In this document: one piece after another, positions 17,871 through 26,348 of the stretch | How the letters are laid out: the number at the start of each line of letters is the position of its first letter | Numbering within the stretch: position 1 is the stretch's first letter | Source: a virus | IMG/VR virus record: IMGVR_UViG_3300045988_060146 | Length of the DNA: 57,663 bases | Strand: one strand, 5' to 3' | Program-made: the position numbers and the translations under genes | Notes under the pieces: generated by a model | The model's database searches: none | Told to the model about the DNA's origin: nothing | What the model saw: the letters and a program-made list of their open reading frames with translations, nothing else

Positions 17871-18457
17871 TACATCACCTCGCTTTCATCTGCAAGTTTC
17901 CAAATATATCCGCCCGCCTGTTTTCTAATGCTGCCTTTATTATTAAAAGGTTCTTTATTGGCTACTTGTAAAATATTTCTCCGACATATTCCTGTCATCC
18001 TACTTGCAACTTCTCCATTTACATATGTAGCGAGTAATACTCCATCCCTAGTGTATTGACATATTTTTCTCGGTTTCTCATATTTGTTATAATTAACAAT
18101 TCCTGTAACCACTTGCGGATGTGTTTTTTCCGTTTCTTTTCTGTGCCTCTTTGGATGAATATATTCCAAATTTGAAACGATATTGTTTTGCTTATTTCCG
18201 TCTTTGTGGTGTACTTGATATCCTCGCGGTCTGTCTCCTATAAAATGTTCTGAAACCAATTGATGTATTGCTATTGACTTCTTTTTGCCAGTTACAGAAT
18301 TTCTTAAAACAATGCGAAGATAATCTCCTGCTGCATTTTGATTTGATAGAATATATCCGCCCTCTGTCTTTTTAAAACTCTTTACTCTTCCGTAATTGGA
18401 AATCTGATATTGCCCCTCAAAGCCTTTTATCCACTTCCATTCTTCTTCCATTCGCAC
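17870..18457 (-). CDS. HNH homing endonuclease (NUMOD4 + HNH_3)
   Basis: WKWIKGFEGQYQISNYGRVKS (NUMOD4) and HHKDGNKQNNIVSNLEYI (HNH). Confidence 0.85.
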   Translation of the reverse strand: MRMEEEWKWIKGFEGQYQISNYGRVKSFKKTEGGYILSNQNAAGDYLRIVLRNSVTGKKKSIAIHQLVSEHFIGDRPRGYQVHHKDGNKQNNIVSNLEYIHPKRHRKETEKTHPQVVTGIVNYNKYEKPRKICQYTRDGVLLATYVNGEVASRMTGICRRNILQVANKEPFNNKGSIRKQAGGYIWKLADESEVM

Positions 18458-18745
18458 TCACACCTCGATTTCATCATCCTGTGGGAACTGAAAAACAATA
18501 TTTCTATGGTAAATTCCATGTGTAAATTCTATGGCTTCATTTATCCATGCTTCCCTCAACATTTCCATAGCCTTAATTGCCTTTGCTTTGGTGGAATATT
18601 CAGCCAACTTTGTGCCATTCGGTGATGATAAATTGTGGCAATAGATATATGCTACTTCTACATCTTCATATTTCCCACTAGCTACAGATAATGAAAAATA
18701 ATCATAAGGAACATCTATTTTTCCGTCCTGTGAAATTACTCTCAT
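18458..18745 (-). CDS. Hypothetical protein (95 aa)
   Basis: Start MRVISQDG, 1 nt after the RecT-like gene's stop codon. Confidence 0.5.
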   Translation of the reverse strand: MRVISQDGKIDVPYDYFSLSVASGKYEDVEVAYIYCHNLSSPNGTKLAEYSTKAKAIKAMEMLREAWINEAIEFTHGIYHRNIVFQFPQDDEIEV

Positions 18746-18746
18746 A

Positions 18747-19820
18747 TCAGTCCTCCTCGCTCTGCATGAATGGCGGAAGCTCCTCTGACTGCTTTCCGGT
18801 TGTGCCTGTTGCCGTGGTGTCAACTACATCTGCCTTATCTTCTATAAACTCAACAGTATTAGCATTTTCGGCAATTTCAGCCTGTGCAACTTGATATACC
18901 TCGTCCATTTCAACCTGTGCCTGTCGTGCCATCGGGTCATAGTTCTTAGGGTATTTCCTTGTCGCATTGTTACACATTTTTCTCTGTATCATGCTCTCCG
19001 GAGTATCAAGCCAAGCACCGCTTATAAAAGGTCTTGCAAGCTCGCATTCGAGCATTTCATCTACTGTCGTACAACCTCTCAAAGCATTAAGAATTTCTTC
19101 TTTTTTAGCTTTAATCTCGCTTTTCTGCTTTGGTGTGGCATCCCATTTATCCTTGCAAATACCAAACGTAACATTTAACAAGTTTTGCTTAACATGAGCT
19201 AAAAGATTTACCTTAACGCTATTTCTGTCTGCTGTTAGATAAGTAATAGTTCCGTCTAACAACTTAACAGGATATACAACTCTTACTGCTTTATCAGACA
19301 ATCCTTTTTCTTCCCACTCCGGCTCTGTAACTGTAAGCCCTTTATGTTTAGGTGGAATATATACATCTCCCTCATGTATCACCCAATACGGATATACCTG
19401 TTTAACATCTTTTCCATAGTTGGCGAGCAAAGAGTCATAGCCTGTGCCCTCAATACCCATTTCAACCTGTTTCTGCCATACATCCTTGTTTGTCTGCGGG
19501 TCAACTCCCACCTTTACATTTCTTAACTGGAAGTAACACTCTCTTGGATATGCACTAGCATTTAACTTAAGGCTTGCGCAACGCTTAACAATGCCTCTTA
19601 AATTGCTTGTATCAAGGTTTCCCATATTAATCTTAGGGTCGCTCTTGACAAGGTTGAAAATGCTTGTCATGGCTTCCATAGCGCACTCTTTTGCGTAATC
19701 GTCCATATCCATTCCAACAGCCTTATAATCATTGATGATAAGTCCTGTCATTGTATTACTCCACTCACTTAATGAGGTGGTAAACGCTTTCTTTTCCGCA
19801 ACTGCTGTATTCTCTGCCAT
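18747..19820 (-). CDS. RecT/Red-beta-like single-strand annealing protein
   Basis: 357 aa. Placed between the SbcC-like ATPase and the MBL/SSB genes. Loose RecT-like core (CASLKLN...YF..R.......IEGTGYDSL...EGD). Not verified by search. Confidence 0.45.
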   Translation of the reverse strand: MAENTAVAEKKAFTTSLSEWSNTMTGLIINDYKAVGMDMDDYAKECAMEAMTSIFNLVKSDPKINMGNLDTSNLRGIVKRCASLKLNASAYPRECYFQLRNVKVGVDPQTNKDVWQKQVEMGIEGTGYDSLLANYGKDVKQVYPYWVIHEGDVYIPPKHKGLTVTEPEWEEKGLSDKAVRVVYPVKLLDGTITYLTADRNSVKVNLLAHVKQNLLNVTFGICKDKWDATPKQKSEIKAKKEEILNALRGCTTVDEMLECELARPFISGAWLDTPESMIQRKMCNNATRKYPKNYDPMARQAQVEMDEVYQVAQAEIAENANTVEFIEDKADVVDTTATGTTGKQSEELPPFMQSEED

Positions 19821-19831
19821 AATTAATCCTC

Positions 19832-19987
19832 CTAAATCTCATTAAAAACCTGAACAGCAAACAGTTCATTAGGTGTCTGCTTGAATAGAACTCCGTCAGA
19901 TATGACTGTATACATATATCCGTCATACTTAAGTTCTACGGTATGTTTCTTACCGCCCATGTAATAATTTCTCTTCTTAATACTCAT
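19832..19987 (-). CDS. Hypothetical protein (51 aa)
   Basis: ATG after GGAGGTATAGCA; below the ORF-track cutoff. Confidence 0.4.
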   Translation of the reverse strand: MSIKKRNYYMGGKKHTVELKYDGYMYTVISDGVLFKQTPNELFAVQVFNEI

Positions 19988-19998
19988 TGCTATACCTC

Positions 19999-20208
19999 CT
20001 ATAATCCAAGTAACTTTTTAATCACTTCTCTTGCTCTCTCGGCTTCGTCTTTCACCTGTTCCTCGCTTTTATCAGCAAGTCTAATTACCATTTTGTACTC
20101 TTCCTCTGAAACTGTCTCTTTAAGCGCACGTAAAACAGTGACCGCCTCTGCCATAACATGGCTTTTTATACCTCTAAATGTAACTTCTCCGTCTTTTGCT
20201 TTAATCAT
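19999..20208 (-). CDS. Hypothetical protein (69 aa)
   Basis: ORF in the operon. Confidence 0.5.
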   Translation of the reverse strand: MIKAKDGEVTFRGIKSHVMAEAVTVLRALKETVSEEEYKMVIRLADKSEEQVKDEAERAREVIKKLLGL

Positions 20209-20753
20209 TTCTGTTCCTCACTTTCTTCAAACTCTTTCAACTGTTCTGCTAACTTCTTACACTCTTCTGCTACATATTCTTCTGTGCGAACTATCGTGCC
20301 GTCAATGCGAAATCTATCTTCACACTCAATCTGCATAGCAAGGCGCTCTCTGTAATTAGGAAATCTCTCATAAGCGAGTTCAAGTTCTTTTGCGTCATCG
20401 CAATGTGCGCAATCAAATCCAAACCACCATAAATCACTTTCTATTGGATAGTTTGAATTTTCTCCGCCATCCGCAAAGGTAATACCGCCGTGGCATTGAA
20501 AATATGCTTCAATTCGTATTCTTTCGTCTTCATCAAGGCAAGCTCCAAGCAAAGGAAAAATACCGCTTATTTTTCGGTCTCCAACATCCGCTTTCTTAAT
20601 TTCAAGATAGTCTGAATACTCTTTACCATATAAAGGGTGGCTTTTAGGAATGCCTACATATCCGCACCTATGCCCCATCACATTGAATGTAACGACACAT
20701 TTATATCCTGCGTGTTCAAACTCTTGTTCTACAACATATCTATCATTCGCCAT
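20205..20753 (-). CDS. Hypothetical protein (182 aa)
   Basis: Start MANDRYV, 1 nt after the ATPase gene's stop codon. Confidence 0.55.
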   Translation of the reverse strand: MANDRYVVEQEFEHAGYKCVVTFNVMGHRCGYVGIPKSHPLYGKEYSDYLEIKKADVGDRKISGIFPLLGACLDEDERIRIEAYFQCHGGITFADGGENSNYPIESDLWWFGFDCAHCDDAKELELAYERFPNYRERLAMQIECEDRFRIDGTIVRTEEYVAEECKKLAEQLKEFEESEEQK

Positions 20754-20754
20754 A

Positions 20755-22731
20755 TCACACCGCCTCAATCACAAGCTCTTTGTCCTGCGTGTGCTTTAAC
20801 AAGATTAGCTGATTATCAATCTGTGGTATTCTCCAATCGTCAACGCTCTCTGTATCATCAATGATAATCGGGAAATTAACGTTTGCCACTTTCTGAAAAG
20901 CTCGGCACACGTCAACCTCAACTAACATTCTTGCACCATGGTTGAGATTTCTTGCATATGCTTCGCCGTTGCAAACAAAGTCGCAGCACTCCTCGGTATC
21001 ACCATTTAAGAGCGGTCTAAACAGCTTTGCTGTGGCAAAATCCAAGTACTTATTGACGTCAGCCTGTAAGAGTTCGTTTCTCTTACGTGTAAACTCTTTC
21101 AGCAAATCAAGTTTTCTCTCCCAATCGGCAATTTCTTGATTGAGGTCGGTTCTCTTTGTTTCAAGGTCAGCTATACTATCGTCTATACGCTTGTTATTTG
21201 CTACACCAAGCTCAATCTTGGTGTTGACTGATGAAACTTGCCTTAACAGTTCGTCTCGCTCGTTTTTAAGCTTTCTGATAAGCTCCGATGTATCATTTTC
21301 ATCTGCAAGAGCTTTCTCTTTTTCCTCGATTTTAGCTTTAAGTGCCTGATACTCACTGTTACCTGTCATATCAACATCATTAGGTGCCATTCCAAGCTCT
21401 TTAGCGATGTTATCACGTTCAAACTTGTCAGCAACAGTATCACGCTTTTCTGCCAGCTCCTTAAGTTCTGCTTCAAGGTCAGCTATTTCTTTCTTCTTAT
21501 CCTCAATAGCCTGTTTAAGTTCCTTGCTATCGTTTGACAGTGCATTTCCCTTATCTTCAAGCTCTTTAAGCTTCTTCAATTTTTTATCACTAAAATCAGT
21601 TCTCAAACTCTCTATTGTATCTTCCGGCAATCTCTGACCGCACATCGGGCAATTAACACTGCTTTCATCAAAGGAAAGTGCCTTTGTTTTTTTCCAGTCA
21701 GCACGTACCTTTTCTAAGTCTCTTGCGCAATCTTCAATCTCCCTTTCGGAGTTTTTAATGCCTATCTTTCCGGTCCTTATCATCGACTCTGTTTTGCGGA
21801 TTGAAACATCGAAGCCGTCAATCTGCAACTGTAGCTCCATGCGTTTTTTCTGATTGTCAGCATTGGCTTTTCTTTCCATATCAGAAAGCTCAAATTTAAG
21901 GTTCATAATGTCCTCTGTAGCTTTCTGCTTACATTCTAAAATCTTGTTATAGTCGGACAGCTTATCTTCAATTTCCTTAAGCTGTGGCTCGTATGTTTTC
22001 TTTTCAAGTTCAAGCTCTGCAAGGTCTGTATACTCATTGGTGGAATGGATTGTATCAATCCTTGTTGAGATTTCGTCTCTTTCCTTAACAAGTCCTTTTG
22101 AGCCATTCCTACCGCCGGTGCCGTTTAGCTTGCCACGACATACTTTTTTGAGCTGGTCTACGTCCCCATCGTCAAACATTGGCTTAAGCTCGGCAAATTG
22201 TGGAAACATATCGCAGATTTCTTCATCAGTATGTGTGCCAAAATAGCTTGCAAGTGCTAATCTCTGCTCTGCCTGTGACTTGTTGAGCAATGTCATGGCA
22301 TTTAAACAGAATGGTAATACTCCAAGCTCTGCCATGTTGTCATTGATGTACTGATTGTAGTCAGCCATCTTGTACGGCACATCATTGATTGAGTAATCAG
22401 TAACACTGCCTGTAATCTCGCCTTTTTTGTTGCGTTTCTGTCTTGTAACCTTTTTCAGAGTCTTTGCTTTTCCGTCAATCTCAAAGGTAACAGCTCTCAC
22501 AATGTCAACATCGTCAATCTCAACTCCGTTTTCATCATGCGGTCTTATGCCTGTAATCTCTCTGTCGTTCTCGTCATGGCAATTCAGCACATCAAGAATA
22601 ATTCTCTTAACTGTCGATTTGCCGACTTCATTTTGACCGGATAACACAGTTTTCATTGAAAAATCTGCGTCTAATGTGTTTTTGCCATAGAATTTACAAA
22701 AATTCTGTGCAAAAATGTGTGTAATCTTCAT
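20755..22731 (-). CDS. SbcC/Rad50-like AAA ATPase with a long coiled coil
   Basis: P-loop GQNEVGKST near the N-terminus, about 400 aa of coiled coil with a CPMCGQ zinc hook-like motif, and IIIDDTES (Walker B) near the C-terminus. Confidence 0.7.
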   Translation of the reverse strand: MKITHIFAQNFCKFYGKNTLDADFSMKTVLSGQNEVGKSTVKRIILDVLNCHDENDREITGIRPHDENGVEIDDVDIVRAVTFEIDGKAKTLKKVTRQKRNKKGEITGSVTDYSINDVPYKMADYNQYINDNMAELGVLPFCLNAMTLLNKSQAEQRLALASYFGTHTDEEICDMFPQFAELKPMFDDGDVDQLKKVCRGKLNGTGGRNGSKGLVKERDEISTRIDTIHSTNEYTDLAELELEKKTYEPQLKEIEDKLSDYNKILECKQKATEDIMNLKFELSDMERKANADNQKKRMELQLQIDGFDVSIRKTESMIRTGKIGIKNSEREIEDCARDLEKVRADWKKTKALSFDESSVNCPMCGQRLPEDTIESLRTDFSDKKLKKLKELEDKGNALSNDSKELKQAIEDKKKEIADLEAELKELAEKRDTVADKFERDNIAKELGMAPNDVDMTGNSEYQALKAKIEEKEKALADENDTSELIRKLKNERDELLRQVSSVNTKIELGVANNKRIDDSIADLETKRTDLNQEIADWERKLDLLKEFTRKRNELLQADVNKYLDFATAKLFRPLLNGDTEECCDFVCNGEAYARNLNHGARMLVEVDVCRAFQKVANVNFPIIIDDTESVDDWRIPQIDNQLILLKHTQDKELVIEAV

Positions 22732-22747
22732 TGTGTTTCCTCTCTTT

Positions 22748-22951
22748 CTATTTGTTTATGGTTTTTAGAATCAAATTTCCGTGTAGGCTTGATTTTTTCA
22801 CTACTCTTAAGTATGAGTCCGACTCTGATACAAAAAGCCACTCACTAGCCACGTAATGAGCCTTGTTGAGCAATAGCTTCTGCTCTCTTGTTAATGGCTT
22901 CAATCGGTATCTCGTATCGCCTAGCCTAATTCGTCTTACATTGTCGCTCAT
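22748..22951 (-). CDS. Hypothetical protein (67 aa)
   Basis: ORF in the operon. Confidence 0.45.
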   Translation of the reverse strand: MSDNVRRIRLGDTRYRLKPLTREQKLLLNKAHYVASEWLFVSESDSYLRVVKKSSLHGNLILKTINK

Positions 22952-23117
22952 TCAGTTTCTCCATTTCTTTGTCTAGCAACGCTTGAAAGTCAAATGATTT
23001 GTCTTTGTGCCGTTTAGCTCGATATAATTCTTGTAGGTAATCGTTAACACTCTGACGCTTCAATTGGCTACCAATCGCAGTAGATGTCAAGATTTCCATT
23101 TCCGCTACCCTCGTCAT
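22926..23117 (-). CDS. Hypothetical protein (63 aa)
   Basis: Start MTRVAEME; the start choice is uncertain. Confidence 0.35.
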   Translation of the reverse strand: MTRVAEMEILTSTAIGSQLKRQSVNDYLQELYRAKRHKDKSFDFQALLDKEMEKLNERQCKTN

Positions 23118-23571
23118 ATACAATCCCTTGTATGCCAATAGGAGTATCAACTACAGTTCCGTGTGGTAAATCGTCACTTGCAATTACAACGTATTCGTTT
23201 TCATCAACTACAAGCCCATGCTCGTTTAGATGTCTGCCCGGAATATTTAGACCGCCTCCAGGTAACACTCTCTGTGAGTACCACGTATAAGTGTAATTGC
23301 CGTATCGGACTCGCCCTAGCTTCTTAAACCGGCTACAACTGTATTTCTTACGGCAAGTCGGAACTGTTGGCTCTTCATATGCCTGCTCAACTACAACCGG
23401 CTCATTCTGAATTACTGTTGGCTCAACCTTTCCAAGCATTACGCTATTTAAATAGGAAGAAACTCCGGCTGTCAGTTCAACTTTGCTATCTGCTTTCGTT
23501 GCTATTGGCTTTAAGGTCATAGTTCCAATTATTGAAATTGATAACATCAATATCAGGCTTCTTTTTCTCAT
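23068..23571 (-). CDS. Secreted 3D-domain (RlpA/MltA-like) protein
   Basis: Signal peptide MRKRSLILMLSISIIGTMTL. C-terminus IASDDLPHGTVVDTPIGIQGIVYDEGSGNGNLDIY carries the 3D-domain aspartates. Confidence 0.55.
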   Translation of the reverse strand: MRKRSLILMLSISIIGTMTLKPIATKADSKVELTAGVSSYLNSVMLGKVEPTVIQNEPVVVEQAYEEPTVPTCRKKYSCSRFKKLGRVRYGNYTYTWYSQRVLPGGGLNIPGRHLNEHGLVVDENEYVVIASDDLPHGTVVDTPIGIQGIVYDEGSGNGNLDIYCDW

Positions 23572-23767
23572 GCGGTTCGCCCTCCTCTATGAGACATATT
23601 GCAATCAGTATCAGCCAAAATACTGTTACGATTGCTCCGACGATAATACTTGCTGTCTTAATTCCGTATGCCACAGACAGCCCAAGAAAAAACGCAAATG
23701 CTAATGCTCCGAAAATCGAATAGCCACAACCGGTGTAAAACTTCTCTTTTAAAGTTCTTTTTCTCAT
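23486..23767 (-). CDS. Membrane protein (93 aa, 2 TM)
   Basis: Hydrophobic segments IFGALAFAFFLGLSVAYGI and IIVGAIVTVFWLILIAICLI. The 3' end overlaps the next gene by 86 nt. Confidence 0.5.
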   Translation of the reverse strand: MRKRTLKEKFYTGCGYSIFGALAFAFFLGLSVAYGIKTASIIVGAIVTVFWLILIAICLIEEGEPHEKKKPDIDVINFNNWNYDLKANSNESR

Positions 23768-23779
23768 ACAATCACCTCA

Positions 23780-24499
23780 CTATGCAAAACTCTGTTGAGC
23801 GTTTGCATCCTGAATAAGCTCATCAAGATACTTAGGCACGACATAGCAATCAATAAACTCGTGCACATCGTCTATATACTTTCTCTTGATACTCTTATAA
23901 GTAGATACACAACCATACTCACGCTTTAACTGTGTCCATATATCAGAGAATGTCTTATGTCTGATACTGTTATCCCTGTATGCTTCGCTCTGCTTGCCAC
24001 CAAGAATATTTACAACTCTGCGCTTAACGTGCTGTTGTATCTCATCAATATCGCAACTGTAAAGTGGTACATTTTCCTTAAGCTCGCTCACATCATCTTT
24101 GATGTCGTTTACTTTCTGCTCTAATTCTGTATAGCCCTGCGCCAAAAGCTGTATCTGACCGCCTGTTGTCTTTGGCATACCATAACTGCCTGTTTTTCTG
24201 ATTGACGGAAGTACCTCATCCATTACCCACCGCTCAAATCTCTCTGCACTAGGCAATTTTGATTTCATAATAAGTCGGTATAAATCTCCCTCATTTATGT
24301 ATGACATAGACTGCACTCCACTAGATGTAGGGGTGTCGCGTTTCACGACTCCCTTGCAATGCCTAGAAACTGCATCTCTCGGTGACGCATACCCAAGTGC
24401 GGTTGCCACATCTGTTGCTACAAAATATGGCTTTCCGTCAATTTCTATCATTCGGACTTCTCCAAACTCTTCATTATTGAAAATTTGTAAATCGTTCAT
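23780..24499 (-). CDS. Antirepressor (Bro-N domain plus KilAC/ORF6C-like C-terminus)
   Basis: N-terminus LQIFNNEEFGEVRMIEIDGKPYFVATDVATALGY is a Bro-N/AntA signature. Confidence 0.8.
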   Translation of the reverse strand: MNDLQIFNNEEFGEVRMIEIDGKPYFVATDVATALGYASPRDAVSRHCKGVVKRDTPTSSGVQSMSYINEGDLYRLIMKSKLPSAERFERWVMDEVLPSIRKTGSYGMPKTTGGQIQLLAQGYTELEQKVNDIKDDVSELKENVPLYSCDIDEIQQHVKRRVVNILGGKQSEAYRDNSIRHKTFSDIWTQLKREYGCVSTYKSIKRKYIDDVHEFIDCYVVPKYLDELIQDANAQQSFA

Positions 24500-24511
24500 G
24501 TTTTCTCCTTT

Positions 24512-24721
24512 CTACTCGATAAAATAAGAAACTTCTACGCCAAAATAATTAGCAATCTTAATTAGCTTGTCTGTTTTTGGCATTGATTTTCCTGACTTCC
24601 AATCCGAAAAAGTACTCCGTGCCATTCCAAGCTCTTCCGACAGTTTGTAAAACGAAACGTTTCTAGCTTTTATGAGCGTGTCAAGTTTTTTAAAACTCGC
24701 CTGTCGTTTTTTCTTATTCAA
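24512..24721 (-). CDS. XRE-family HTH regulator (Cro-like), 69 aa
   Basis: TTG start after AAGGAGATGGG. HTH VSFYKLSEELGMARSTFSDWKSGKSMP. Confidence 0.7.
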   Translation of the reverse strand: MNKKKRQASFKKLDTLIKARNVSFYKLSEELGMARSTFSDWKSGKSMPKTDKLIKIANYFGVEVSYFIE

Positions 24722-24737
24722 TTTCCCATCTCCTTTC

Positions 24738-24766
24738 TTGACAATAGTTAGGAAATCCGTTACAAT
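24738..24766 (+). promoter_or_regulatory. Sigma-A promoter with an operator-like AGGAAATCCGTTA in the spacer
   Basis: TTGACA, 17 nt, TACAAT. The 13-mer is identical to the one in the promoter at 25796. Confidence 0.55.
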
Positions 24767-25096
24767 AAAAAGCGCCATATTAGGCAAAATACGCTAGGAG
24801 GTAAAAACCTTGAAAGCAATTTTGATTTTGCCTGTTCCATATTTGCGAGGTCGCATTTAAAATGTAGCAATCGGTGTAGCGCATTTTGGACAGTAAAGCT
24901 CGGCAAAAAATCATGGCTGGCATGTCGGCAATATGCCGTGCTACGCTAGATACTCCTCTCAATCCGTCAGCTAATGGCGATTAAACTGCTGAACTTAAAC
25001 TGCATAAGTGACGGAACATTTAAAGAAGCATTGTGTAGTACCAATGCGTTGAAAGACTTCAAAATGTATATGGTATAAAAAATATTGGAGGTCACT

Positions 25097-25462
25097 ATGC
25101 AATACAAACCAAATTACCCAAATATGGATAAATTATTTCCGCAACACAAAATTCCTAAAATTGAATCACCTACATATGAAAAAGACAAATCTCCATACGA
25201 GCTTTTAGAAAGTCAGTCTGCTTATCTCGAAAAGACAAGCAAGGAACTTCACGATATGGCTCAATCCGCTAAATCTCAAGCTGATTCCGCAAAAGAGATT
25301 GCTGAAAGTTCTAAAACGCAAGCTGATATTGCATTGGAAACATCGGGCAAGGCAGATGTTAAAGGTTGGATTTCTGTGGCTGTTTCTATCATCTGTGCTT
25401 TAATGGAATTTGCTGTACATCATTCAGAAATAATTGATTTTGTCAAAGCTTTGGCAAAATAA
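25097..25462 (+). CDS. Membrane-anchored coiled-coil protein (121 aa)
   Basis: GGAGG RBS. Repetitive SAKSQADSAKEIAESSKTQADIALE, then TM segment GWISVAVSIICALMEFAV. Confidence 0.55.
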   Translation: MQYKPNYPNMDKLFPQHKIPKIESPTYEKDKSPYELLESQSAYLEKTSKELHDMAQSAKSQADSAKEIAESSKTQADIALETSGKADVKGWISVAVSIICALMEFAVHHSEIIDFVKALAK

Positions 25463-25513
25463 AATGGCAAAAAATCTGAAACAGCAAAACAAATATTGAA
25501 AGCACTAATGCTA

Positions 25514-25535
25514 CATCTGAAACAGATGGTTTTTT
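25514..25535 (+). terminator. Rho-independent terminator
   Basis: CATCTG-AAA-CAGATG hairpin followed by GTTTTTT. Confidence 0.6.
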
Positions 25536-25554
25536 CATTTTTGCTCCTTTCTTT

Positions 25555-25767
25555 CTAATCCACGAAACTTTCAACCGGTTCATCAAGATAGCTTGCAATT
25601 TTAATCATGGTGTCTAATTTTGGCTTGCTTTTATCTCTCTTCCAATCTGAAAGCAACATAGGTGAAAAGTTCAAGTCTGTTGCTACTCGGTATGATGTGA
25701 TACCCTTTTTCTTCAAAATTTGCTCAAATCTCGAATATGATTGAGCATATTTCTTAGAATTATTCAT
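25555..25767 (-). CDS. XRE-family HTH regulator (Cro-like), 70 aa
   Basis: HTH ITSYRVATDLNFSPMLLSDWKRDKSKP. Divergent from the repressor gene. Confidence 0.75.
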   Translation of the reverse strand: MNNSKKYAQSYSRFEQILKKKGITSYRVATDLNFSPMLLSDWKRDKSKPKLDTMIKIASYLDEPVESFVD

Positions 25768-25795
25768 TTTTTACGCTCCTTTCCTTAAAAATATA

Positions 25796-25824
25796 TTGAT
25801 TTTATTAAGGAAATCCGTTATAAT
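25796..25824 (+). promoter_or_regulatory. Repressor-operon promoter with shared operator motif
   Basis: TTGATT, 17 nt, TATAAT. The spacer contains AGGAAATCCGTTA. TTAAGGAA/TTCCTTAA half-sites recur 4 times in 25781..25884. Confidence 0.6.
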
Positions 25825-25966
25825 GAAACTTACCAAGACAACAAAATAACAAAATTAAAACCTAGGTTTTAAGGCTTTCCTTAATCTAGGTCTAGTATAT
25901 TATGGTTTTCTTTAATTGTCAAGCATTATTTTAAAGTTTTCCATAATAATTTATGAGGGGTTTTTT

Positions 25967-26317
25967 ATGTATGAACATTATCAGAAATTACTAGACGAAA
26001 AAGGCTTGAAAAATGCCGATGTTTCAAGAGCTACAGGCATTTCAAACATGACTCTATCTGATTGGAAAAGAGGAAAGAGCGAGCCAAAAACTAAAAATAT
26101 GCAGAAAATTGCCGATTTTTTAGGAACTACCTTATCATATCTAGTTACAGGTGAAGAAAGTAACCCTATATTTGAACAAGCAAATACAGATTATGACCTT
26201 TCAAATATAGACAGTAAGCTCAAGGACTATGTATTTAAGTTATCTAAATTGTCGGATAAAGAGCTGGAAAGTATTATGAATTTAATAGATGTAATGTATG
26301 AAAAATACTCAAAATAA
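25967..26317 (+). CDS. XRE-family repressor (CI-like), 116 aa
   Basis: HTH LKNADVSRATGISNMTLSDWKRGKSEP plus a C-terminal extension. No S24 peptidase domain. Confidence 0.7.
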   Translation: MYEHYQKLLDEKGLKNADVSRATGISNMTLSDWKRGKSEPKTKNMQKIADFLGTTLSYLVTGEESNPIFEQANTDYDLSNIDSKLKDYVFKLSKLSDKELESIMNLIDVMYEKYSK

Positions 26318-26348
26318 ATTAAATTAATAAGAAAGGTGGTATTTTATT

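Noticed and set aside
24780-24962. 60-aa minus-strand ORF in the leader upstream of 25097.
   Set aside because: It has no RBS, and it starts inside a region transcribed in the opposite direction from the promoter at 24738. The sequence looks non-protein-like.
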